From positions 1,492 through 65,491 of the forward strand of contig JAJZGD010000002.1 in the NCBI GenBank assembly GCA_021804985.1: a DNA stretch of 64,000 nt. The letters are read 5' to 3'. Origin of the DNA: Planctomycetota bacterium. GTDB taxonomy: Bacteria; Planctomycetota; Phycisphaerae; WQYP01. The position numbers and the translations under genes were made by a program. A model generated the notes under the pieces. The model searched no databases and was not told where the DNA came from. It was given only the letters and a program-made list of their open reading frames with translations. Below, in pieces: positions 39,701 through 48,486 of this stretch; positions within the stretch are counted from its first letter, which is position 1; each line of letters starts with the position of its first letter.

Positions 39701-39856
39701 CGGATACGAAGTGCTTACCGTTACCACGGTGCTGGTGATGTTGGGATATTCGCGCACGGTCATGGTGAGCCATGCGCGCAGCCCCAAAATCAGGATGATC
39801 AGGTTGATCGCGCTTGCAAGCACCCAGCGCTTGATAAACAGGTCTGTAAACTTCAT
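36770..39856 (-). CDS. RND efflux transporter permease (AcrB/HAE1-like)
   Basis: About 1028 aa with twelve TM helices and two large periplasmic loops; N-terminus MKFTDLFIKRW. Confidence 0.9.
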   Translation of the reverse strand: MKFTDLFIKRWVLASAINLIILILGLRAWLTMTVREYPNITSTVVTVSTSYPGASPSTVQGFITSRLEQAVAQAPNIDYMTGTSTEGTSSIAVNMKLNSDPNADVAQILAKVKQVASQLPPQSQSPVINETVGDTRALIYLAFYSKRLNGQQINDYLLRVIQPEIQSIAGVSQAQILPQGTGSSGNSFAVRVWLKPNKMAALGITPSDVYNAIVANNSISAVGRLRGKNIAQVITATTQLKSAAEFRNLIIRKSGSAIIYLKDVARVVLGAQNYNASVLLNGQRAVFIGIQTTPNANDLTVAHEVHVLFAQMKKSLPPGLHVTIGFDGSTYIKAAIADVEDTVLITLGIVVLVVFLFLGSLRSLLIPVVAIPLSIIGAGTFALACGFSVNLLTLLAIILAIGLVVDDAIIVVENIQRHIDEGMSPAAAAKRGARELAGPIVVMSTTLAAVFAPIGLMGGLSGDLFGEFAFTLVFAVLVSMVAALTLSPMLASHLLRPTKPRGLVHLLDVIFDAVRRFYIWTLEAVLTIRIAVLLAAAGIFISIPFLLMGARSELAPTEDQGILFFTGTGPPTATLQYMSKYALQIKKICDSFPQTQRVFQVNGFSFVSPGQNTLVGGMLLKPWNQRTVTQQEILPILDKKLSAVAGVQVAAFPLPSLPGSAGGFPVQFVIKTTKGFKELDRNADKLLQAAMLSHKFVFLTKDIRYDDPQVEIKVHRKIAADLGFTAAQITSDLEPLLGGNFVNRFDLKGRSYKVIPQVPDARRANAGELKNYYIRTTSGQMVPLSTIVTIRHVVRPEFIAQFQQLNSATIEGVPAPGVSLGQALAYLKGEAHKLLPRGYAIDYASQSRQYLQEGNAIIVTFLLAVILIFLIMAAQFESFIDPLIVMFTVPMSIFGALLFLFLNFATLNIYTEVGLLTLIGLITKQGILIVEFANRLQEEEGLGRHAAIVKASSVRLRPILMTTGAMVFGVVPLLVATGAGAVSRFDMGLMLAAGLSIGCLFSLYVIPVIYSFIATVKTPPPQSTGSEI

Positions 39857-39872
39857 CTGATATTTATCCGAT

Positions 39873-41003
39873 CTACGGCTGCACCTGGTTATTAATTTTG
39901 ATGACCGCCCCCGGATGCAGCTTGATCTGCCCCGCTGTTACAATCGTCTGCCCCACCTTGAGGCCGCTGAGAATCGCCACCAGATTGCCAACCTGCGGCC
40001 CCACCACCACCGGCACCTCTTCGACCGTTTGCACGCTTTGCATCGTAGTTGCAGGCTTGGTTTGGCTGCCGCTGGCGGCGGGGCGCTTATTAATCACCCG
40101 GTAAACAAAATCGCCGTAGGTGTTGTATGAGACGGCCACATCAGGAACCGTTTCATAGTGCGAGGTCAGCCCGGTATCCACCTTTACGGTGCCGAACATT
40201 CCCGGCCTTAGCAAGAGGCGCTTATTAGCAAACTCGGCCTGCACTTGCACCGTGCGCGAATTGGGATCGAAGTTGGAGGAGATCGCCTGAATTTTGCCAC
40301 GGAATATTATTTTGGGATAAGCGTCCACACGCAGCATCACCTTTCGGCCAACTTTCAGCACCGGAAATTCGTTCTGCGGGATGTTGAAATCCGCAAAAAT
40401 CGGATTCCATTTGTTAATCACCGTGATCGCCGTTCCCGACGCCAGATACTGACCCAAACTTACCTGCCGAATACCCAGGTATCCCGAAAAAGGGGCCGTG
40501 ATATTCAGCTTGGCCAAGGTGGCTTTGTCTTGCCCCACAATCGCCGCCACATTCGCCAATGCGGCCTCATACGTGTCGAGCTGCGATTGCGCCGCGGCAC
40601 GATGGGCGATAAGCTTTTTGGTTCGCTTCACGTTAATAGACGCCAGCGATTCATTGGCTTCGTCCGCCCGCAGTTGCGCCAGCTGCGTGGTGTCATCCAC
40701 GGTTAGCAGCCGCTGACCGGCCTTTACTTTTTGGCCCGAATGAAAATTTATGGCGATGACATTGCCGGCAATCTGTGCGGTGATATTCGTTCCTTGGACC
40801 GCATTTAAGCTCGCCACCGACTGAATGGTTCGCTTCCAAACGGACTCCGTCACACGCGCGGTGGAAACGGTTACCGAGGGCGGGGGCATATGGCTGATGG
40901 CATAGGCAATTTTGGTATTAACGAAGGCCTTGAATATAAAAAGGCCGACGAGGAAAATAACAAAGAAGACCACGACCGCCAATCCAGCAAAAAAACGCTT
41001 CAT
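39873..41003 (-). CDS. RND efflux periplasmic adaptor (membrane fusion protein)
   Basis: N-terminal TM anchor and a coiled-coil/lipoyl/beta-barrel HlyD-like organisation; overlaps the OMF gene. Confidence 0.85.
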   Translation of the reverse strand: MKRFFAGLAVVVFFVIFLVGLFIFKAFVNTKIAYAISHMPPPSVTVSTARVTESVWKRTIQSVASLNAVQGTNITAQIAGNVIAINFHSGQKVKAGQRLLTVDDTTQLAQLRADEANESLASINVKRTKKLIAHRAAAQSQLDTYEAALANVAAIVGQDKATLAKLNITAPFSGYLGIRQVSLGQYLASGTAITVINKWNPIFADFNIPQNEFPVLKVGRKVMLRVDAYPKIIFRGKIQAISSNFDPNSRTVQVQAEFANKRLLLRPGMFGTVKVDTGLTSHYETVPDVAVSYNTYGDFVYRVINKRPAASGSQTKPATTMQSVQTVEEVPVVVGPQVGNLVAILSGLKVGQTIVTAGQIKLHPGAVIKINNQVQP

Positions 41004-42673
41004 GGTTTTGTACTCCGATTCTGATTCATGATGGGAGATGCTCCTGCGGGCATGGCGCTTCCATTATTTCCGCGCGGTACCGTACGCATACCCGTTCGGG
41101 TGGAAGTGCGGGGGCCCACGCCGACGCGAGAGCGATTCGCATTGGCCTGCGCTCGGGCCCATTTTATTTGGTCGCGTGAGGCATCCGCTTTGGGCCACCA
41201 GCCACCTCCAAGGGCGACAAATAGCCCGGCAGTATCGGCATACCGCTGCGACGCCGATTGCACCACTGCCAGCCGCGATTTCTGATATTGCACTTCGCTG
41301 GTTAACAGCGTGATGTAGTCGATCGAGCCGTCGTGATACTCGAACTGCGCCAATTTGTAGGCTTTCTCTCCGGCAACGTATGCCGCCTGATTATATTGCA
41401 GGGATTCGGCGTCATGCTGCACCGCACGCAGCGCCGTAGCAACCTGGTTGAATGCACTGAGTATGGTCGACTTATAGGAATAAATCGCCGCGGTCAATGC
41501 ATATTTCGCCGCCCGCTTATTGGCCTGTAGCGTGCCCCCGTCAAAAATGGTGACGGCCAATGAACTGGCCAAAGACCAGATGAAACTCGATGCGTCAAAA
41601 TAGTGCGAGAGACTGCTGCTTTCCAACCCCACCGCACCGGTGAGCTGAATAGCAGGATACATGCGGGCAATTGCCTCTCCCACCGCCGCATTGGCCACTC
41701 GCAGCTGCGCCTCTGCGGAAAGAATGTCCGGCCGCTGATGCACCAAACTCGATGGCAGAGAAACCGGCAACCGCACCGGCAGAGTAAACGTGGCGATATT
41801 AAGGCGCGGCAGCGCGAGCAGAGACGGGATGCGCCCGAGCAGCACGGCCAGTGCATTGCGTGCAGCCGAGTAATTCTGCAGCAGCGGCGGCAGTGTTGCC
41901 TGAGTACTTGCCAGCTGACTTTCCTGATTAACCACATCGAGATAGGGAACGGCTCCGAATTTATACTGCTGCTTGATAATCTTCAGGATATGCTCCTGAT
42001 CGCGTATCAGACTGCGCGTGGTTTGTATCTGCGCATCGTATGAAGCGACCGCAACGGCGGTGGTAACGGTATTACCCTCAACCGTTAGATATGCCTCCTG
42101 AAGGGCATAGCGCTGGGCATCTTCTTGCGCCATAAATGATCGCGAAACGAGCCGATTGAGACCAAAAATATCCGGGGCGTATGAAACCTCCAACTCTCCC
42201 GTGTAAAGATTGAACGTTCGCGACGAGCCCCCAAAAGCTTCGCCGGATTGGCGCTGCCGCCCTGCGTTGCCATTTAGAGATAATTGTGGCCAGAAGATGC
42301 CCTGAACAGATTTTAAGTTCTCGTGGGCCTGTGCCAGATTGGCTTGGGCAAGTTGAATGGTGGGGTTGTGCCGAATGGCCTGCGCGACAAGCCCATCGAG
42401 CTTGCCGGAATGAAAAAGCTGCCACCACAGATGCTTCACCCGTGCGCCATATATAAATCGTTGCTGAGCACCGGCCAACCCCGTTCCGGCCACGGCCTGA
42501 GTGGTGGCCACCTGCCGCTTCCCGGGGTTGTAGCGGGCGGTAGCGGGCGCGCGGGGTACCTGGAGCTTGGGTTCAAACGAACATCCCGCCACCAGCAGGC
42601 CAGCGACAGAGAACAACAGCAAGAGAAACGGTTTCGTCTGCCGGAAGCGAATTCTGAGATTTGGATGCGTCAT
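41000..42673 (-). CDS. NodT-family outer membrane efflux lipoprotein (TolC-like)
   Basis: Start MTHPNL with lipobox LLVAGCSF and two OEP repeats. The track ORF start at 42811 adds an implausible leader. Confidence 0.8.
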   Translation of the reverse strand: MTHPNLRIRFRQTKPFLLLLFSVAGLLVAGCSFEPKLQVPRAPATARYNPGKRQVATTQAVAGTGLAGAQQRFIYGARVKHLWWQLFHSGKLDGLVAQAIRHNPTIQLAQANLAQAHENLKSVQGIFWPQLSLNGNAGRQRQSGEAFGGSSRTFNLYTGELEVSYAPDIFGLNRLVSRSFMAQEDAQRYALQEAYLTVEGNTVTTAVAVASYDAQIQTTRSLIRDQEHILKIIKQQYKFGAVPYLDVVNQESQLASTQATLPPLLQNYSAARNALAVLLGRIPSLLALPRLNIATFTLPVRLPVSLPSSLVHQRPDILSAEAQLRVANAAVGEAIARMYPAIQLTGAVGLESSSLSHYFDASSFIWSLASSLAVTIFDGGTLQANKRAAKYALTAAIYSYKSTILSAFNQVATALRAVQHDAESLQYNQAAYVAGEKAYKLAQFEYHDGSIDYITLLTSEVQYQKSRLAVVQSASQRYADTAGLFVALGGGWWPKADASRDQIKWARAQANANRSRVGVGPRTSTRTGMRTVPRGNNGSAMPAGASPIMNQNRSTKP

Positions 42674-43067
42674 CAACTTACTTCGTTTCTGGGAAATAGG
42701 CTGTTGGCCATATAGTTTCTCTCGGGCAACAAAATTAGAGCAATATAGTATATGTATGAACTTTCGGCGTGGCAAATAGCGGCGACCATCGAATGTAAAA
42801 CTCTGCGGCAACTGGTGTTATGCGTTCCACGTCGAGCTGGCGGGCCAGCGATTGCAGTTCTTCGTGGCAACAACCGGCATCGCACCTGGTAGGGAAAGTC
42901 GGTATATTACATAAGTGCGAAAATGATTTCGCAGCCGAGATGATGGTTTTTGCCAAGATGACGCGCGGCGGCGGCCTGCACCGGGTGAAATCACACAGAA
43001 AGAGTCTTTCACTGTTCCCGTCGCAATTGCCGATAACTATCTTGATGGTTGCAAGGAAAGCCCCCGG

Positions 43068-46000
43068 ATGCCGGATCGTATAATCGGGATGCTCAAAAAG
43101 GTCGGCCTGCCAACGCGCTTTATGCTCGTGGCATTGGGGCTGGCCATTTCCATCGCCGTCCCTCTCTTTCAGCTGTACCGCTCGGAATCCGCCAAAATCT
43201 CGATCACCGAATCCGAGTTGCGCTGGTGCGCATATATTCAGCCCGTACTACCCTTAATTCGTGCCGTCCAGGGTCATGAGCTGGCATGGGAAAAGGGGTG
43301 GGTCGCCGGCCACGCCGACCGATCGGAAGAGGTGCGGACCTGGAATCAGATTCAACGCTATAGCACGCAGCTGGCCATCATCAACCAAGGACAAAAATCC
43401 AGTCTCGGTTTGCAGCAACGCTGGAAGAACATCGAAATCGAGATTCGGCAGGTCAAAAAGTTCCCCTCGCTCCGCAACCCCGATCAGGAACAGGAGCTTC
43501 ACAGCTCCATCGTCACAGCATTGTGGAGTCTTTACGAGTCGGCATCTGATCGTGCAGGCCTCGGCGCCGATAGAAACCGCGAAACCACCCGCGAACTTAG
43601 AGCGGTTCGCGTTGAGATGATCCAACTGCTTTCGCGCGTGAATGAAATTCAGCAAGCGACCGTCGGGCAGGCCCTCGGTGTGCACGGGAGCGACTTCTGG
43701 CGAGCCGACATCATTGAGGCGGCGGAAAGCAGCAACTGGCGAGATATCGCTTCCATTCGAAATGCTATTAGCCCGATTGCCGACCACACCCGACGCCAAT
43801 CCACGCTGCTGTTGCTGCGCGCCCAATTGATCGCGCTGCGTCGCGATGGCGACAAGCTCACCACGGCCGCCCGCTCACTCTCGGCGGCAAATCCTGCGGC
43901 CCGACACAGCATCTTTACTGCCGCCGGCCGCGTCAGTCGGGATGTTGGCCACCTTTTTCGCTTAACTGTTGGGCACCTGCAGCAAACATTGCGAGTGCGC
44001 CTCGGCCATCTACGCCTTACACTCCTTTTGAACATCGGTCTGGTCTCCTGTCTGGCCGCAGTGGTGGGTCTTATTTTTTATACGATGTACCGATCGCTGC
44101 TCAGAGCGCTGGGGAAGAAATCGCTCGCCGAACGCGATTTGCAACAGCTTACCGATTTATACGCCACGCTCAGCCAGACCAATCAGCTCGTTGCGCACCG
44201 CTGTCCCCAGGAACAGCTCTTTAAGGACGTGTGCAAGATCATTACAGAATCGGCCGGCTTTCAACTCGCCTTTATCGCCGTTATTACCTCCCGATCAAAG
44301 CAATCGCGGTTACATAACTGGGCCGGCTCTGCCTCTGGCTACCTGACAGCCATCTGGAATCCTCAGCAGCAAATGCTGCCCGCAGGCCTGCAACCGATCG
44401 AAACGGCTATCACGGCGCAAAAACCCGCGATAATTCAGAATTTTAAAGCCATGGCTTTCGATACCCCCTGGGGTTATGCACTGGAAAAGTTTGGCCTCGC
44501 CTCCGCGGCTGCGTTTCCGCTGGTACGAAAAGGGCTGAATTTCGGCGCGATGGTCGTTTATTCAAGCCGCACTGAGGCGTTTACAGGCCGCGCCGCCGAG
44601 GTGCTCTCCGAAATCGCTACCAGCTTGTCATTTGCCATTGAAGACGCGGATCGAGAAAGCCTGCGGCGCGCCGCCGAGCAGGCCCTGCGCGACTCGGAAG
44701 CCCGATACCACCTGGTCATGGAAGCTGCAGGCGATGCGATTGTTCTTATGGAAAGCGATGGCCGCATCATCGAAGTAAATCGCCGTGCGCTGGCGCTTCT
44801 CGGCTACACGCGTGAAGAAATGTTCGCCCTGCGCGGCCAGCAATTGTTTCCGCCCGACGGCCAGGGAGATGCCATCACGCGCTACAACCGCATCATTACC
44901 ACCGGTGAAACCGTCGACTCCACCACCACAATTACGCGCAAAGATCTCCGGTCTTTCCCGGTGGAAGCCGTGGAAAGCCGCGTGGAAATGCAGGGCAAAT
45001 ATATGGTGCTCAGCATCTTCCGGGACATCAGCGATCGCAAAATTGCGGAAGAGCGCATTCATTATCTCGCGTATCATGATTCGCTGACCGGATTGCCCAA
45101 TCGCACGCTGCTGATTGACCGCCTCGAGCAGGCCATTCGCGAGGCGCATCGCCGCAATACCATGGCGGGCGTCGTATTTATTGATCTGGACAATTTCAAA
45201 AGCGTTAACGACACGCTGGGCCATGATTTTGGCGATGAACTGCTGCAAGGTGCGGCGATGCGCATTCGCAGCGCTTTGCGAACGGAGGACACGGTGGCAC
45301 GCCTCGGCGGTGATGAATTCATCGTGCTCATAAAAGAACCGCGGTCGCCGGGCGATGTGAATCTGGTGGCCCAGAAAATCATTCAGTCCATGTCGGTTCC
45401 GTTTGTGATCTCGGGCCATACCTTCCACATTTCATGCAGTATCGGTATGAGCATTTACCCCCGCGATGGCGTCGATTGCGGCGTGCTGCTGCGGACTGCC
45501 GATGAGGCCCTGTACCAGGTTAAGAAAGAAGGTAAGAACCGCGCCGCCTTTCATACGCCAGAAATGCACGCCGCTGCAATTGAACATATCCGACTGGAAA
45601 ATGATCTGCGCGAGGCCCTTCGCAAAAATCAGTTTGTTCTGCAGTTTCAACCGCAGGTTCATCTGCAGTCCGGTAAAATCATCGGCAGCGAGGCGCTCAT
45701 ACGCTGGCACCATCCGGAGCGGGGCATGGTTTCGCCGGCCAAATTTATTCCACTGGCCGAAGAAAAGGGCCTCATCCTCGAAATCGGTGAATGGATTCTT
45801 CACGAGGCGTGCGCCCAGAATAGAAAATGGCAACTTGCCGGAATTCCCATTGTGCCCGTCGCCGTGAACCTTTCCGCCTTGCAATGCCGAGAGCCGGGTC
45901 TGCCGGAAATTGTTCGCCGGGCTTTGCGCGACACCGGCCTGGAGCCAGGAATGCTGGAGCTTGAAATTACGGAAAGTACGCTCATGGCGCAGACGGAATC

Positions 46001-46397
46001 TCTGCGATCACGCATGCTTGAGATTAAGGATTGCCGCATCCGCTTCTCGCTCGACGACTTCGGCACCGGTTATTCAAGCCTCAGCTATCTGACACGCTTT
46101 CCCATTGACACGCTGAAAATCGACAGCTCTTTTATCCGCGATATGATCGACGACCCCAAAGACCTCGCCGTCGTTGATACCATTGTTAATCTTGCCGACA
46201 ACCTGCAGTTGAGAACCATTGCAGAGGGCGTAGAAAAAATCGAGCAAATTACGCTCCTTAAGCTTTTGGGATGCAATTCCATGCAGGGCTATTACTTCAG
46301 CAAGCCGCTGCCGGCCGATGAAATGGCCAAAATGTTGCTCGGCGATATTCGTCTGCCAACGTCGCAAAGCAGTCCGCCCCACACGGTTGCCGTCTGA
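43068..46397 (+). CDS. membrane-anchored signalling protein with PAS, GAF, GGDEF and EAL domains
   Basis: RLGGDEFIVLI (GGDEF); EALIRWHHPERG and the DDFGTGYSSL motif (EAL); PAS region with SIFRDISDRK. Confidence 0.9.
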   Translation: MPDRIIGMLKKVGLPTRFMLVALGLAISIAVPLFQLYRSESAKISITESELRWCAYIQPVLPLIRAVQGHELAWEKGWVAGHADRSEEVRTWNQIQRYSTQLAIINQGQKSSLGLQQRWKNIEIEIRQVKKFPSLRNPDQEQELHSSIVTALWSLYESASDRAGLGADRNRETTRELRAVRVEMIQLLSRVNEIQQATVGQALGVHGSDFWRADIIEAAESSNWRDIASIRNAISPIADHTRRQSTLLLLRAQLIALRRDGDKLTTAARSLSAANPAARHSIFTAAGRVSRDVGHLFRLTVGHLQQTLRVRLGHLRLTLLLNIGLVSCLAAVVGLIFYTMYRSLLRALGKKSLAERDLQQLTDLYATLSQTNQLVAHRCPQEQLFKDVCKIITESAGFQLAFIAVITSRSKQSRLHNWAGSASGYLTAIWNPQQQMLPAGLQPIETAITAQKPAIIQNFKAMAFDTPWGYALEKFGLASAAAFPLVRKGLNFGAMVVYSSRTEAFTGRAAEVLSEIATSLSFAIEDADRESLRRAAEQALRDSEARYHLVMEAAGDAIVLMESDGRIIEVNRRALALLGYTREEMFALRGQQLFPPDGQGDAITRYNRIITTGETVDSTTTITRKDLRSFPVEAVESRVEMQGKYMVLSIFRDISDRKIAEERIHYLAYHDSLTGLPNRTLLIDRLEQAIREAHRRNTMAGVVFIDLDNFKSVNDTLGHDFGDELLQGAAMRIRSALRTEDTVARLGGDEFIVLIKEPRSPGDVNLVAQKIIQSMSVPFVISGHTFHISCSIGMSIYPRDGVDCGVLLRTADEALYQVKKEGKNRAAFHTPEMHAAAIEHIRLENDLREALRKNQFVLQFQPQVHLQSGKIIGSEALIRWHHPERGMVSPAKFIPLAEEKGLILEIGEWILHEACAQNRKWQLAGIPIVPVAVNLSALQCREPGLPEIVRRALRDTGLEPGMLELEITESTLMAQTESLRSRMLEIKDCRIRFSLDDFGTGYSSLSYLTRFPIDTLKIDSSFIRDMIDDPKDLAVVDTIVNLADNLQLRTIAEGVEKIEQITLLKLLGCNSMQGYYFSKPLPADEMAKMLLGDIRLPTSQSSPPHTVAV

Positions 46398-46407
46398 CGC
46401 CCTGTCG

Positions 46408-48297
46408 TTATGGAGCCGGTCCAGGTAATGGCCGGCCGGCTTTCGCTGCGCCATGCTGGTGGATATGCACATGCGGCAGCAGCGCCGCTTGTGCTGCAAA
46501 ATGGGTGATTTCCTTATTGACCTTTGCGATGGCCCCCACCCGGAATTTAAATACTCTTCGGTCGCAGGTAATTAAGCCGGTGCAATGATCCGAAACCTGA
46601 TCGGCCCAGCGCGTGTAAACCGCCGCCGCCAGCCCGCGCTCGATCAGCGGCCGCAGCGCCATGGCCCATTTTGTATATCGCTTAAACCACGCCCTGCGGA
46701 TTGCCCTTCCGGCAGCCGTACTGCGCCCGGGCACGCCCGTTTGATATGGCTCGCCGGGATAGGGCCAGATATGGCCGGCAATGGGACACGGAAATCGACC
46801 GGACTCCCCGAGCACGCTGGCGCGAGATTTCATCGCCGGCCACATGCCCGGGCCCGGATAAATATGTGCATCTTTCATGGCACCATAGCCGTGATCGGTC
46901 CAGCCGCTGGGGCCATCAACGAGCCGCGTGGGGTCCAGCCGGTGTACCCATCGCAAAATTCGGTTGGTGTCGTGCTGTCCCCACCCTTCGTTAAATATGC
47001 ACCAGATCACCACGCTCGGATCATTGTGCAGGTGCGTGACCATCTCCGAAAGTTCGCGACGAAATTCGGCGTGCGCGGCGCGGCTTTTATCGCCAAACGC
47101 GGCCGGCATATCCTGCCAAACCAGAAAACCGAGTTTGTCGCACAGATAGTACCACCGAGCCGGGGCGACGAGCTGATGCTTCCGGCACATATTAAATCCC
47201 ACCCGCTTCATCGCTTTAATATCAAAAATCATCGCTGCATTGGATGGCGGCGTGTAAGCGCCGTCCGGCCAGTACCCCTCCTCCAACGGTCCAAATAAAA
47301 ACAGGGGCTTGCCGTTAAGAAAAATTCGCATGTATCCGTCCGGCGCCTTTTTCACTTGAATTGTCCGCATGCCGAAATAGCTTGTCACACGGTCGATGAT
47401 TTTGCCATGCGCGAGTAAGCGAACCTGCAGTGAATACAAAAACGGGTGCGCCGGCGACCAGAGTTTGGCATGCGCAATGTGGAGTATTTGCCGCTGGCCA
47501 ATAAGCCCTGCACTTTCAGCCACGCTATGGCCATGGGCGAGCGCCACGATTTGCACCTTGCATCCCCGCACGGTGCCGCGCCCCGCAACCGTCACCGCAA
47601 CCGTCCCCGTTAATGCACGCGGTGTTATCCGCAACGATCGAATGGATTGCGCCGGCACCTTTTCCAGCCAAACCGTCTGCCACAATCCGGTAGACACCAG
47701 GTGCATCGTGAAGCCCGGCTTGCCGACCTGCTGCTTTCCGCACGGTTCGCTGCCCCGATTCGCAGGATTCCAGCAGGAAACGATCAGCGTTTGCGTGCCC
47801 GGCTTGAGATACCGCGTAACGTTCACAGTAAAAGGGTTGTAATCGCCGTCGTGGACGATGAGCAACCTTCCATTGAGAAACACATGGGTGCGATACATGG
47901 CGCCGCCAAAATGCAGCAGCAATTGGCCGCCGTGGCGCAGCAGCGGTGCCTTAAATTCCGTTCGATACCAGAGCCGCTGCGTAATGCCGACTTTTCGGTC
48001 CACGCCCGAAAGTTTCGACTGTGCCACAAACGGAACCAGAATGCTTCCCTGCCAGCGCGTCGGAATGCCATCGGCTCGCGGGGATATGGCATATTGCCAG
48101 AGACCATTTAGATTTTTCCAGTTTTTCCGCCGCATTTGTGGCCGCGGGTAATGCGACCATACATGCTGCGGTTTGATGGCCGCGCCCCATGGGCTCAGCG
48201 GATTTGGGCCGGCAGGACGCCACGATGCCAACGCCATGGCCTTAGCCGCAGTGCATAAAAACAATACCGCAAAAAGCAATGTCAAACGCTTGACCAT
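46408..48297 (-). CDS. secreted glycoside hydrolase family 2-like enzyme
   Basis: Signal peptide after MVKRLTLLF; WQDMP and IFNEGWG (catalytic NE) motifs. Confidence 0.6.
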   Translation of the reverse strand: MVKRLTLLFAVLFLCTAAKAMALASWRPAGPNPLSPWGAAIKPQHVWSHYPRPQMRRKNWKNLNGLWQYAISPRADGIPTRWQGSILVPFVAQSKLSGVDRKVGITQRLWYRTEFKAPLLRHGGQLLLHFGGAMYRTHVFLNGRLLIVHDGDYNPFTVNVTRYLKPGTQTLIVSCWNPANRGSEPCGKQQVGKPGFTMHLVSTGLWQTVWLEKVPAQSIRSLRITPRALTGTVAVTVAGRGTVRGCKVQIVALAHGHSVAESAGLIGQRQILHIAHAKLWSPAHPFLYSLQVRLLAHGKIIDRVTSYFGMRTIQVKKAPDGYMRIFLNGKPLFLFGPLEEGYWPDGAYTPPSNAAMIFDIKAMKRVGFNMCRKHQLVAPARWYYLCDKLGFLVWQDMPAAFGDKSRAAHAEFRRELSEMVTHLHNDPSVVIWCIFNEGWGQHDTNRILRWVHRLDPTRLVDGPSGWTDHGYGAMKDAHIYPGPGMWPAMKSRASVLGESGRFPCPIAGHIWPYPGEPYQTGVPGRSTAAGRAIRRAWFKRYTKWAMALRPLIERGLAAAVYTRWADQVSDHCTGLITCDRRVFKFRVGAIAKVNKEITHFAAQAALLPHVHIHQHGAAKAGRPLPGPAP

Positions 48298-48486
48298 CGC
48301 ACATCCTCCGCCATACATATTTCTTCAAACGGAGTATATCCATTGGCTTACCAGGGCTCAAGTAATTATTTGGCGGCCTGCCCGGGGAGGCCGGCGCCGG
48401 TGCAAGTTGGTGCAAAATGCCAATCTTGCGTCGCGCAGGGCAACTGAAACGAAGGCGTCGGTACGCGCCGGGTCATGCCGTGCCAG

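Noticed and set aside
42673-42811. 46-aa N-terminal leader on the outer membrane efflux protein ORF
   Set aside because: A lipoprotein signal peptide with a lipobox begins at the internal Met (MTHPNL..LLVAGCSF). The upstream extension has no signal-peptide character.
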